A DNA stretch of 64,000 nt from Marsupella aquatica (Eukaryota; Plantae; Marchantiophyta). Below the pieces are notes generated by a model, which was not told the origin of the DNA, did not search any database, and worked only from the letters and a program-made list of their open reading frames with translations. The stretch is taken from contig OZ316892.1 of NCBI GenBank assembly GCA_973895155.1, positions 20,285,869-20,349,868 of the forward strand, in the 5' to 3' direction. The translations under genes and the position numbers were made by a program. Position 1 is the first letter of the stretch; each line of letters begins with the position of its first letter. Shown here piece by piece: positions 52,971 to 64,000 of this stretch.

Positions 52971-53812
52971 GCCCACGGACATGAAATGGCCTGCACACTG
53001 GCATGAAGCCCACCCCATACTACACATCGAAGTTCTGGCAATCGATTCCCTTAGAGAGAGAAGACATTCCCTTAGAGAAAGGAGACAGGAAAGAGCCAAG
53101 CTTGTAGATCTAGCAGTCTTTGAATTTGCAGTCCACTGAGCTTTCGAGCCAGCATCACGAAGCTCATGAGTGAGGATGACAGACATGACTTGGGATGTTA
53201 GAAGGTATTATTAGCAGAGCTGTTGTGACTCATGCATTGTCATGTATTTTAGATGAAAGCGCAGTGCTTAATATATCTACAATAGCTCCTTTCTGATATG
53301 CGGCTAGATAGTTAAGTGTTAGTATATCCTTTAGTTTGATTTGCCTCTGCCTTGGATTCTATACAGATTCCTACTTGTTGTGCATAGGCTCATCATTTAT
53401 TGTTCATAGTACATTTTGATCACTGCTGGCTTGTCTTCTCCGCCAGGGATTTATTTATAAAATATATTCGATCTTATTTGGAGGATCATATGAAATTGTC
53501 TCTGGAGTGAAAATATCAAATTTTTTCAGAGATCTCCAAAGGAAGCTCTTGATGCACAGCAATGTTTACTATTTCAAGGATTTGTAGCATACTCGACATT
53601 AAGTTTAGTATTTCTAAAGAGCTATGCAAAATTTGACTAAATCACAAAGTGGATGCGTGGCTTTTGGAATGCTCAATTTCCTGAAACTGTTCTCATTCTC
53701 ATTCTTAATCTTGACTCTCATCTGAAGAGTCTCACTGGTCACTCTAGTCGAAACTCTCGAGGCTAGTTTCCGTAAAGTTTGCAACATTGTAAATCAGCAA
53801 CGATTGAATAAA
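52971..53812 (+). repeat. Copy A of a diverged tandem segmental duplication (matches 54505-54615 joined to 56303-56938)
   Basis: 52971-53110 aligns with 54505-54615 (CCCACGGACATGAAA.GGCCTGCA.ACTGGCATGAAGCCCACCC...GAAAGAGCCAAG). 53167-53812 aligns with 56303-56938 (TGAGTGA.GATGAC.GACATGACTTGGG...TCTCACTGGTCACTCTAG...ATTGAAT). Confidence 0.85.
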
Positions 53813-55125
53813 CTGACAACTGACCATGTTTGAAGTGAGATCTGACCATGTCAGTTCTTTTCTATAGGGACATTATGTGCACCCGAAAATTAAATTCTTT
53901 ACTAAAACCTTTCAACGTGAAAGTATATACACAGTGAACTGCACAATCATAAGTGCAACTCTGGACGATGATACTCCCAAGTGCACTTACATGGGGATAG
54001 CACAAACGTCACGAGCGCAATCCTACCCAGATGAATATATCGATATCGTTTTAAGGTGCAACCGAACAAAATAATTTCAAATCATATCGTTAGAAAGTTT
54101 GACAACGGGAATACTTGAGGAATGAATACTACAGAAACAGCTGATAATTATCTAAAGTGCACAGTTGTAGACAATACTCTACTAGGATTTGATGAGGAGG
54201 ATTTGTATGTCACAAGCTGTTCTTAGATGGTGCAAGATGATCCGAGAAGATCCGAGAAGGACAAGGGTCCAAGGCAACAGGAGACATGCATGAGTAAATG
54301 GATTTCATTACTCCCAACAATACTACAACCAGTACTCTTCCAAAAATCCCTAAGCACTTATCAACAAATGTGGTATGTACTCTCTCGATCTTAGCTACGA
54401 GTTCAGATCATTATAGAGGGAATAGCACTCGTCTCAGAGAATCCGCACCTATGAATGCCATTCACGGGACACTATCGGGTAGAGTAGGGATTTTAGATGG
54501 ACGACCCACGGACATGAAAGGCCTGCAAACTGGCATGAAGCCCACCCTAACTCGAAGTTCTGGCTATTCAGTTCTCGAAGATAGACAGCATGAAAGAGCC
54601 AAGTGTCTCGATCTCCTCCCGAAGCATGAAATGCCCATGTTTATTTGATACAGCGCATTAAACTGGCAGCGATAGTGCCTGCTTTTAGACTATATTATTG
54701 TCAGGCCGGCATTGAATTATTTCAGTGGGCCGCAATTGAATGACGCCTGGTCTGATGGTTGGGTGCAACGGATAATCAAAATTTACAAGATGCTGTTATG
54801 ACTCTCTCTTTTAGTGAGGCCTAATCGCACTTGTGCGTAAACACAGCAATAAAACTGCAATTTCGGCATGAATTGGTGACGCAATACACATGCTAAATGT
54901 GCATGGTGAAATAGTTCCCAAGTGTTAGCCAAACGGTTGACATGTGGTAACACAAGCCAGATCTAACGACCGTAGAAAAAATCCCCGTCACACAGTTGTA
55001 ATAACGTCTCGAGAGGGATCCCTTCAGCACCACTTCCAACATACATGTACTAGCAGTTCTTTTGTTGGACTGAATTTCAGCACATAAACACATAAACTCT
55101 TCTCTAAGCTTCCCTTTGAACTCGC

Positions 55126-55277
55126 ACTGACTAATGATGGGTTCTTTCTGTCAGTTCAGGTTTGAACTTGAACTGGCTAATGACGGGTTCTTGACTAAAG
55201 ACGGAGTTCGTTCTCTCAGCTTAGGTTTAACCGTAGAACTGACTAATGATCGGGTTCTGTTTAGAGGCATTATTTAA
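55126..55277 (+). promoter_or_regulatory. Putative promoter of the Ser-rich ORF: three ACTG(A/G)CTAATGA-N1-2-GGGTTCT motifs plus a TATA-like TATTTAA
   Basis: Motif copies at 55126, 55172 and 55238. TATTTAA at 55271-55277 is followed by a pyrimidine-rich stretch and an ATG at 55413. Confidence 0.4.
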
Positions 55278-55412
55278 GGACAAACACTTCCCCTTCAACT
55301 TCATTCACTCTGACGTCTCCATCTTGACTGTCGCTTGTTGCCTTTCCAGACTCAGTATCTCGTGCCTCTTTGAGCTTGTCGTCCGCTCCTCGGTCTTGCT
55401 TTGTGTGCCAAG

Positions 55413-56228
55413 ATGAAGTTTACTTCGACTCACGGCTCTAGTTCCTATGATGTCACGAAGGAGTGTTGCCGTCGTGGAAGAACCATGAGGCGCCGGGTAC
55501 TCTCCTCGAGGACTCGTGGTAAATGCGGTTCTGAATCTACGGGTGGTTCTTTCAAGGACACAGATTCTTGCCATTCGGAGAGTTACACCACCTCTGAAAG
55601 CAATGATACAGATTCTTCCGATTCGGAGAGTTACACAACGTCTGAAAGCAATGACAAAGATTCTTACGATTCTGACAGTTACACCACGTCTGGGAGCAGC
55701 ACTGATCAGTTTTCAGACACTTCCACCTATTCCATTTCCGGCTCAGATTTGGAGAGTTACACCAGTTCTGAAAGCAGTGCAGATCAGTTTTCAGACAGTT
55801 CGGCATATTCCATTTCCAGCTCGGACTACAGTTCGAGAGATGAGAGTTCGTACTCCACATTCAACAAGTCAGATAGGAGCGGAAATAGGAGCTACTACTC
55901 CAGAGCTGTCACACAGTATTCGCCCAAGTCCCGATCTCATCAAAGCTCGCACACAGAACACTTGTCCTACACCTCCACGGATGCGAGCTCCTTCCCCAGC
56001 TACGATGCAGATTATTCTTCCACTTACGTGAGCAGCACCGAGGACACCACTCAGAAAATGAAGAACGCTTCGAAGAGGTGGAAGAGGAACTTTTCGGATA
56101 CTCGCTATAGTAGCGATAGCAGATCTGAAAGCTATCCAGGGAGTTGGTCTAGCAGCTACTATTGCCCCAAAACTACTCGCTACTATGCCAGCAGGACCTG
56201 CAATGGGAAGAGGCATCGTTGTTTGTGA
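55413..56228 (+). CDS. Orphan intronless Ser/Asp/Thr/Tyr-rich repeat protein (271 aa) with Arg/Lys/Cys-rich termini
   Basis: Open frame from ATG 55413 to TGA 56228. Internal repeats have frame-preserving periods of 48 nt (SESYTTSESNDxDSxD) and 78 nt (SYTxSxSSxDQFSDxSxYSISxSD), with synonymous third-position differences between units (ACC ACC / ACA ACG / ACC ACG). Upstream TATA-like element. No recognised domain. Confidence 0.6.
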   Translation: MKFTSTHGSSSYDVTKECCRRGRTMRRRVLSSRTRGKCGSESTGGSFKDTDSCHSESYTTSESNDTDSSDSESYTTSESNDKDSYDSDSYTTSGSSTDQFSDTSTYSISGSDLESYTSSESSADQFSDSSAYSISSSDYSSRDESSYSTFNKSDRSGNRSYYSRAVTQYSPKSRSHQSSHTEHLSYTSTDASSFPSYDADYSSTYVSSTEDTTQKMKNASKRWKRNFSDTRYSSDSRSESYPGSWSSSYYCPKTTRYYASRTCNGKRHRCL

Positions 56229-58189
56229 TTGAGATACCCTGTGGACATTGAGCTTGTTTATCAAGTATCGGATTTGCGGTCGGGCCACCATAGCGAAGGC
56301 GCTGAGTGACGATGACGGACATGACTTGGGTGTTAGAAGATATTAGCACAGCTGTTGTGACACATCATATATTTTAGATGAAAGCGGTGCTTATATCTGG
56401 CTCCTGTCTGATATCCCGTCTGATATGCGGCTATCTTTCAAGTTTTAGTATTTCCTTCAGTTTTATTTTCCCCTTCCTTGGATTCGGATTCTATAAAGAT
56501 CAGTATTTGCTGTACATAAGCTCATCACTTTTTGTAAATTTTGATCACTGCCGGCTACTGGTAGTCCTCTCCGCCGGGGATTTATTCGGATAATATATTC
56601 TATCTTTTCTGCCTCGATATGAAATTTTCGTTCAAATGAGAATGTATGTCAAATTGTTTTAGAGATCATCTCTAAAGGAGGATCGTCATGCAAAGGTTCT
56701 GTTCACTATTTTCAGTATTTGGAGCATACTACAGATTTGGTTTTGGATTTCTAAGGAACTATGCAACTTCTGATAGAATCACAAGAGTGGATATACTGCT
56801 TCGGGAAGGCTCAATGCCTTGTAACTATTGTCTTTCTTAGTCTGGACTCTCATTTCCAGAATCTCACTGGTCACTCTAGCCAAACTAATCTGGTTTCCCT
56901 AAAGTTTTAACGTTGTAAACTGGCAACCATTGAATGAATTTGGACATCGAAGGAGTAGAGTTTTTTCAAACAACGTTTAATTACTTTGTCATTACTTTGT
57001 CACTAAAGATGTTTCTTGTGTTTCAATTGACAAGAGTGCTCCGCAAGTGTTTTATATTTACAAATATGACACTGTTTTGTATATTGATAACAAGTTCACC
57101 AACTTAAGGAGGGTAACCATATATGAAACTAGTGATAAATTTGTAATATTGTAAATTGAAACATTTTTGGTTGCAAATGTGTTTTCAAATGGAGGCTCAG
57201 TACTTTCCCTCTCAGAAAATGAATATATACATAGCCATAAAGTGAGAAAAACAAGGGCTTTGGAAACGTTGCAATTCTAAAGTTTAGTGACAATTGAATT
57301 TCTGATTTACTTGAGGAGGGTTTATAATTTATATATTTTTTCCCATTTAGAGATTTCTGCTTAGAAATCTAATTTTCACAACTTTCAATCATCCCCTTAA
57401 ATGTTTGAATGAAATTTCTCAGGTTATCTGCTAAAACTACAAGCATTGTCTGCTCTGGCAAGACATGACCCAAGAATCGCCCTTCCCCTCATCAAAGTCT
57501 TTTTAACTGTTGGACATCTCGGGAGATGAGTTTTTAAGTATATGGAGGCGTTCAGCATGATGGAGGGTTGACACGGAGAGGGAGATTGGTGGTTGCCGGT
57601 TCGGTCCCATGGTTGGTTGCCTCGCTCCCGCTTGTGGTCTCGGGTTCCATCTTTTGGGAAGTCTCTCGCTCAGCTCTTGGCGTCTTCTTGTCTTCCAGGG
57701 TGCTTTCTTTCCTCACTCATCTACCTCCTCCCCTTAGGCGGTTTGGTCTTGAGGCTCCCCTCCTTCTCTTCTCTATGGGCATGCTCCTTCTTTCAGTGTC
57801 CCTTGTTTTCTTTTGTTTTCCTGTGTCCCCCCCTCAGACAGGGTTATTGTTCTCCTTTTGTGTTCAATAAAGATTCGTTTTTGGTTAAAAAAAAATTTAT
57901 AAAAAAAATAACTCTTTTTAACTGTTGGATTAGATTTAAATTTGTGTCCAAAGAGATATACTTGATGGACCCCATGTCTGATTCAGACAGTTGATAGACC
58001 TCAAATCAACATATCCAAAACCTTATAGGGTCTCATGGGCTCCATCAAATAAAAAAACTTTTCAATTTAGGCCTCCATCCAGTCTATCGCTATTCGTGTC
58101 CTAGTACAATTTTTCTTCTTTAAAGCTACACTTTTACCTTGTATCTTTTGATTCCAATTGTGCTAGCGTGAGGTCCGTCAATCAGTTCG

Positions 58190-59185
58190 ATGATGGAGAA
58201 GACTGCAGTGGCCTGTGCTTCATCAGGCAAGGCCGGTGAATTCTTGGCTCTGAATTGGACTGATGGTAGCCAGTGGGAACCCTTGCAAGGGCAAGCTTTC
58301 AGCTGCACTCGAAACTGGGGAGGTGATGGACGGTGCCGGCTATGGTTGCCCGGCGTGTGAACACCCTCAGTGTAGCAATTGAGGTGTATTCTCGGCCCAA
58401 AGGCAGGGAGTGAGTGGTCCAGCATGGATTGATGGCGCTCCCAAGTCCATCAGCCCATAGGATCGACCAAAACCACTGCAGCTCTTCACCAAGAAGGTTC
58501 TGTCAATTGCACTGGAGAAACATGGAGCAGAGGTGGTCACAGGGGAGGCCCAGGAGGTGAAGGTTGAATCGGAAGCTTAAGGACGCGCAGCGAGTGTGAA
58601 GGGAGTGGTTGTGAGTTGGGAATTCATAGCTGCAGACTGTGTTGTGATAGATATGGGGTCCTGGTCTACTACAATCTCACCTCTAAAAGCTCATAGCATT
58701 GAGTTACGTCCCAAGGATGGGGATGCCATCACAGCACGTGCACTCTTCCTTTCTTAGAAGACGAGGGAGGGCAGAGCAATGGACTCGGAGGTCTATCCTC
58801 GAGCCACGGGAGAGGTGTACATCTGCGGCATGTCGGAGAAGTGCCAACTCCAGCAGATGCGGCCTTGATTGAGCCAGGAAAGGAAGCGATTGCTATGCTG
58901 CAAAGAGTGGCGACCACTGTTTCAAGCCAATTTGCGGATGCAGAGCTGACAAAGGAGCAGGCCTGTTTCTTTCCTTGCTCCGAGGATAGTTTGCTACTCA
59001 TAGGGAAGATTCCAGACGTGGAGGGTGCGTATGTAGCTACAGGGCACAGCTGCTGGGCATCCTTAACGCTCCTGCATGCCACAGGTGCATTGCTTGCAGA
59101 ACTCACAGTGGATGGAGTTTCGAAGACGGTCAGCCTCAAGCCCTTCAATCCTGCCCGTTTCAGCAAGACATTTGCACTAGGATGA
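58190..59185 (+). pseudogene. Pseudogene of a DAO-family FAD-dependent oxidoreductase (TDA3 / At5g67290-like)
   Basis: Recognisable blocks EKTAVACASSGKAGEFLALNWTDG, PAWIDG, KAHSIELRP, EVYPRATGEVYICG, QACFFPCSED and YVATGHSCW. Disrupted by several frameshifts, in-frame TAA (58578) and TAG (58755) and small deletions. The N-terminal GxGxxG FAD motif is missing. Confidence 0.88.
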
Positions 59186-59898
59186 AGCTGTTCGGTTGAG
59201 TATGGCATTAATTAGGTCTCAGCGGTTAGGAAATTGGAATGCTTCATGTTGTAAATAATTATGATTTTATCAAACTTAGCAAAAGGAAACTCCGAAGTTC
59301 ATTAGCATTGTCGATCACACTGTAAGACCTGGTTGGGAAATTGATTATGGAAAGGAAGCATGGCCCCATTGTTGAAGGGCTTCCATCTGTCTGCATACGT
59401 TATGATTAGTTTCGAGGAGACAGTCCGACCTTCAAATCAACCATCAAGGTTGTATAATTATGACGACGATTATGTAGAGAGAACAAGGAAGGTGAAGAGC
59501 TTTCATCCCCTTCGAATCTCAAGAGTCCGACACTATCAGGAATTTTTGTCCGTCAGTGGGAACGCTATGACACAAGTTAGCTCTAGAACAAGTGCTCCCG
59601 GCATGTACTAGATATAATTTGAGAAATTTTCTAAATAGCCTCTTGCACTTGTCACCTAAAATATACTCCCATTAGCACAAAGAGATCAAGTTGTTCAGGA
59701 AGTCCCGTCATAACCCGAGGATTGAAGTTCACCCATGCAAATATCCGAAGTGTGACCCACCTTGCGTTGTTCCTTAGTTAATTACTCTTTACACTCATTT
59801 TTCAGTCCTTCCATCCACCTCATCGGTTCAGACGTGATAACTACTAGAGCTCACAATCGCAGCTCCGCAGGGCTGGCCAAGAATTTTGGAATAGAGTA

Positions 59899-59951
59899 GT
59901 CATGGGTTTGGAATGGAGTTGTCATGGGTTTGGAATGGAGTTGTCATGGGT
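59899..59951. repeat. Minisatellite, ~2.5 x 22 bp (GTCATGGGTTTGGAATGGAGTT)
   Basis: Direct tandem copies visible in the sequence. Confidence 0.85.
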
Positions 59952-61138
59952 CAGTAATTACTTTCAGGTAATCAAGGTAAGCTGCACGGGGTGGTGTCCC
60001 AACACTGTATTATTTTGAAAGGTGAGATGCATGGCGTCGTGTTGCAACAATAAATTAGTTTAGCTATGGAATTACTTATGGGTTACTGTGCTATAAAGTC
60101 GTCTCTCTACAAGTGCACCACTCCATAATCCGGGCCTCGGTTGGTGGGCCGGACAAATATAACAGCGGCTTTCCCTCCCACAGTCCCACGACCTTCCACC
60201 ACTTAACTTCCACTGAGGATATTCGGGTGAGCACTGAGCAGTCTGAGCACCCTCTCCTCAGCTGACCTGTACTGCACAGCGCCGATGAGAGAGGGAGAGA
60301 TTGGGATTTGGGTTCAGCAGGCTACCTATTCCGCCTTCCCACATTTTCTGGATTTGGGACTCCATCAGATGCCGGGTATAGCGGCATTTCGCATCGCTAG
60401 CACGGAAGAGGATATGTTCCGATTTCGGCGAGATTTTTGTTTATGTCGGCGTCAAGGAGATGTGGGCGTAGCGGCATGGCATTCGGCACTGGCAGGATTT
60501 GTTCCTATCGATCTCAGTGAGAGATGGGTGCGGCGGCATTTTGAGTCGAAAGGACAATTTCATTGCGAATTCAGAACAGGAAAACCTCAGATTTCATTCA
60601 GAATTGGTGCTTGTCAGTCTCAATGAGATCTGAATGTAACTGCATCTTGAGCTAACAGGATAATTGAATCGCAAACACGTACAGAAGTGGGGAGGAGACG
60701 AGAGGGGGAGCAACAGAAGTGAGGGAGGGATTGAGGGGACGAGGAACTTTGGTGTCTTGGGAGCGCTAGAATGCTTCAGCCAGACAGTCCGCGGACGATT
60801 CGATCGCGGAAGGGGGAGATTATTGGAGCAGGAGCTTATGGGCGAGTGTGTACATGGGCATGGATCTCGACTCGGGCGAGCTGCTTGCAGTGAAAGAGGT
60901 TGAGAGTTTTCAACGCCTTGGGCCTCATTAGAAATCTTGTGCTGTCTTCTCCTCATACGATTAACTTTGTGAAGGAATGGATAAATGATTTCACAGATAA
61001 TTGGGTTGTGACAACGAATGAAAACGAACGAAGGCACTGACGCACGCGCAGTTCACATTGGGCCACTGATACGGATTGAGATACGAGCGAGTTGAGATTG
61101 AGATCGGCATTGCAAACAGGACGAGACATCTCTTTGCG

Positions 61139-63119
61139 ATGAAGGTTCAGGAGATGGGAGTGTTGGGAGTTTTGGTATCGTGCGCACTGCTGCTGCAGCT
61201 GCTGGTCCAGTTTAGTGAAGCGCAATGCGGCACATCTGCGAACAATACTCTGTGTCAAGACGGGCTGTGCTGTAGTCAGTTCGGGTTCTGCGGGGCCAGC
61301 ACGGCGTACTGCGGGACTGGATGCCAAAGCCAATGTCTCTCGAATACTCCTCCTCCTGCTGCGTCAGTGTTCAGCACGAGCGGGTTGGACAAAGTCCTCA
61401 ACGAAAGTTTGTTCGAGCTGCTCTGGCCCGACCGGAACCGATTCTACCAATACAATTCATGGATTCTCGCCGGCAATGCGTTCCCGATGTTCGGAACGAG
61501 AAAAATCAAGGAATGCGCCCTCAGAGAGATCGCTGCTTTCGCGGCCCACGTCCAACAGGAAACCGCAGGTAAAACAAGGACTCAATCAGTCCGCAGCTTC
61601 CTCTATAATTCCAGAAGTCCATGGAAAACACTCCTCGTCTCGTACAAATTCCTCGATTGCCATATTCATTCTAAGAAACCAATCAACGGGAAAATCCTCA
61701 GCTGCGCAGACTATCCTTCGATCACTCAGTTGATCGGTGACATGCCTGGAATTTGTCGATGTGCTGCAATCATTCCAATACGTGAATTGTATGTGCTGGA
61801 ATTCTAAATCCAGCAGTAATTTCGTCCAAGTGCGTGATTGAGCTGAGTTTGATTCATCAGGTAGACAGGAATGCTGTCAGTTTCAGCGAAACGATGTCGA
61901 GAAGTGAATTACTTCGAGGCAAAGAAAAGCATCTCGGAAAGTGTCCATCTGCAGCATTCTTGATTACTTAGAAGCGCCATGTGGTTGTCCATCGATTTTC
62001 TGTATTCCTTCAATGTATTGGGCTCGACATTACATTGCTGAGTTTTGAAATCATGTAAAAGTCCACATTGTCGTTGTTATTTTGCTCAAAGTACTGTGTG
62101 CGCATTCGCAGGTCTAGTGTACATCACGGAGATCGACAAGTCGGGCAACTATTGCGATCCAACGTCTGTACAGTACCCGTGCGCCAAAAACCGAACTTAC
62201 TACGGACGAGGCCCAGTGCAACTCAGCTGGTACGTCTAGAATTTGATGTTGACATAACAGACACCATTACAATTAACTTCGTAGCCTATCTCACGACCGA
62301 GCTATGACAACAGATTGAGGCTGTTCTAGCACACGTAGCAGAGGGAGGCGATATGTAAATCGAGACGGAAATATCTGGATTGGATTCAATTCAGGTCAGG
62401 GTTTTCAAACTAAAGTTACGGGTAGGATGAAAACAAAGTACTTCAATTCCAGGGAGTCCCTCAATGGACAGGTCTTCAAAACCACACAATCAATTCAAGC
62501 ATTTGGTCCACCTTAATTAGCGATCAGATTTGTTGCAGACATAGATTCAGTCATGGGCTTCAGTTTTAGAAAGCAAGGTAGAACTGTACACAATTTCTCG
62601 AGTCCTTGAAAGTATTTCCAAATGAGACGAAGGCCAGAGGTGATTCATAGTCGTTGGTGGGTGATTGGGTTAGTTGCCTACATGTGTACATTTCTGGAAT
62701 CATGTAAAACTGTTCGTGACTGATTCCTTAGCTTTGATTGCTTTCGTCTGTGCAGGAATTACAACTATGGAGCTGCGAGTCCTGCGGTGGGGGCTGACAT
62801 TCTAGCGAGGCCCGATCTCGTGGCCATGGATCCCGTGTTGGCTTTCAAAACGGCGTTGTGGTTCTGGACAACTCCAAGCGGCAGCATTCCATCAATCCAC
62901 GACGTCATAACGGGGAAATACGTCCCCACTGCGCAAGACAAGATGCTCGGCCGTCTCCCCGGGTTTGGTCTGACGATCGACATCATCAATGGCAGACTCG
63001 AGTGCGGCAAACCCACTCCTCAAGCTGCGAACCGTGTCAAGTACTTTCTCCAGTTTTGCAAGATCTTGGGCGTCGACCCTGGGCCCAATCTCTCGTGTGA
63101 TACGATGGCCCCGTTTTAG
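61139..63119 (+). CDS. Secreted GH19 chitinase with N-terminal hevein (CBM18) domain, 3 exons
   Basis: Exons 61139-61568, 62112-62229 and 62756-63119 (GT-AG). Signal peptide, hevein domain QCG...CCSQFGFCG...YCGTGCQSQC, Pro hinge, REIAAFAAHVQQET|GLVYITEID, YYGRGPVQLSW|NYNYG, AFKTALWFW, IINGRLECG and NRVKYF...NLSC. Confidence 0.95.
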
Positions 63120-64000
63120 TATTCTCGCTCGATTGGAGTCACTCTCCATCCACATTTGCTGATGAGCTCGCCCAAACATACGATCACTGCAGATTCGATC
63201 ATGATGCTCATTTAGTAAGGTATTGTATTGGATTCATTGTCTGGAGGCATGAGTGCTGTTAGTAGTTCCAATCATTCACCTCAACCGATTGTAGTGTCCA
63301 TTGATGGCGGAATTACATTGATTGACCGAGAACTGGATAATAGAAATCTGTGAATTTGTATCATGCGATGTGCGGAGGAGTTCGTCATCTGTGTAATGAA
63401 GTGTGGAGAGCATGAGTACAGTAGCTTCCTATCATTCACATCAACAGATTGCAACTGGACAAAAGTCTGAGAACTTTGGTTGGCAATGCCATTGAGGGCT
63501 GATTGGAAAGATGGAAGGGCCCAGGTGATCACTATGGCTTTCGGAGGATCTACCATCTAAAAACGTTTTTGGGGGAGAAGTACATGTTTCAGTGGAGTTT
63601 CGTAAGTGTGGGAATCTTGTAAGTTACAATGTTTGAAATGTTTTTCTCTTTTCCTTGAAAAGCTTTTACTTCAAAGAGACAAAAGGCAAGAAGGCAAAAT
63701 GGCAAGTGACAATTCAAAGTCCAAAGTGGGGCCATCTTGTGAAATAAAGTTGATGACCGATCTCATTATTGAATGAACCTAAGAGAAGTCAATTTTGGGG
63801 TGATCTGTATCCCAAGGTAGAGTGGTTCAGAATATTACATTACAACAGTGTTGATCACCCCATGAGCTGGGACGTTAGAAAACAGCTCCTAAGCTGAGAC
63901 TACTGTGGGAACTCATGCCTCAAGCTGTGTATTGATTTCTAAGAGTCGAACAGGGTACCTTGTTTACTAGAGACCCAGGAAATGAACTTTGTTTTGCAAT

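Noticed and set aside
61076-61807. 243-aa single-exon chitinase ORF as listed in the ORF track
   Set aside because: It starts at a TTG and reads through intron 1. The real CDS starts at ATG 61139 and splices at 61568.
46101-63119. Biosynthetic or defence gene cluster (hydrolase, oxidoreductase, chitinase)
   Set aside because: No scaffold-forming enzyme, the oxidoreductase is a pseudogene, and there is no shared pathway logic. Adjacency alone is not evidence.

Overview
Eukaryotic nuclear DNA from a land plant, probably a seed-free lineage such as a bryophyte or lycophyte. This is inferred from GT-AG introns, a plastid transit peptide, a loop-reduced GH19 chitinase and LINE/MITE-rich intergenic DNA; the taxon cannot be determined from the sequence alone. 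Six recognisable genes are present: a NOPCHAP1/DUF4598-like protein (-), an intronless plastid aspartate kinase (-), an ER protein disulfide isomerase ending in KDEL (-), protoporphyrinogen oxidase PPO2 (-), an epoxide-hydrolase-type alpha/beta hydrolase (-), and a hevein-domain GH19 chitinase (+). There is also a decayed DAO-family FAD oxidoreductase pseudogene and an orphan Ser/Asp/Thr/Tyr-rich ORF with its own apparent promoter inside an asymmetric tandem duplication. Intergenic DNA holds three intact MITEs with different TIR/TSD types upstream of the aspartate kinase, several dispersed repeat families, degenerate LINE relics and many short tandem duplications. I found no CRISPR array, rRNA or tRNA. 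The best candidates for something undescribed are the orphan repeat protein at 55.4-56.2 kb, the intronless AK with its MITE cluster, and the predicted PPO2 5' leader. I cannot demonstrate a new multi-gene system. Exon coordinates were assembled by eye and no database searches were run.
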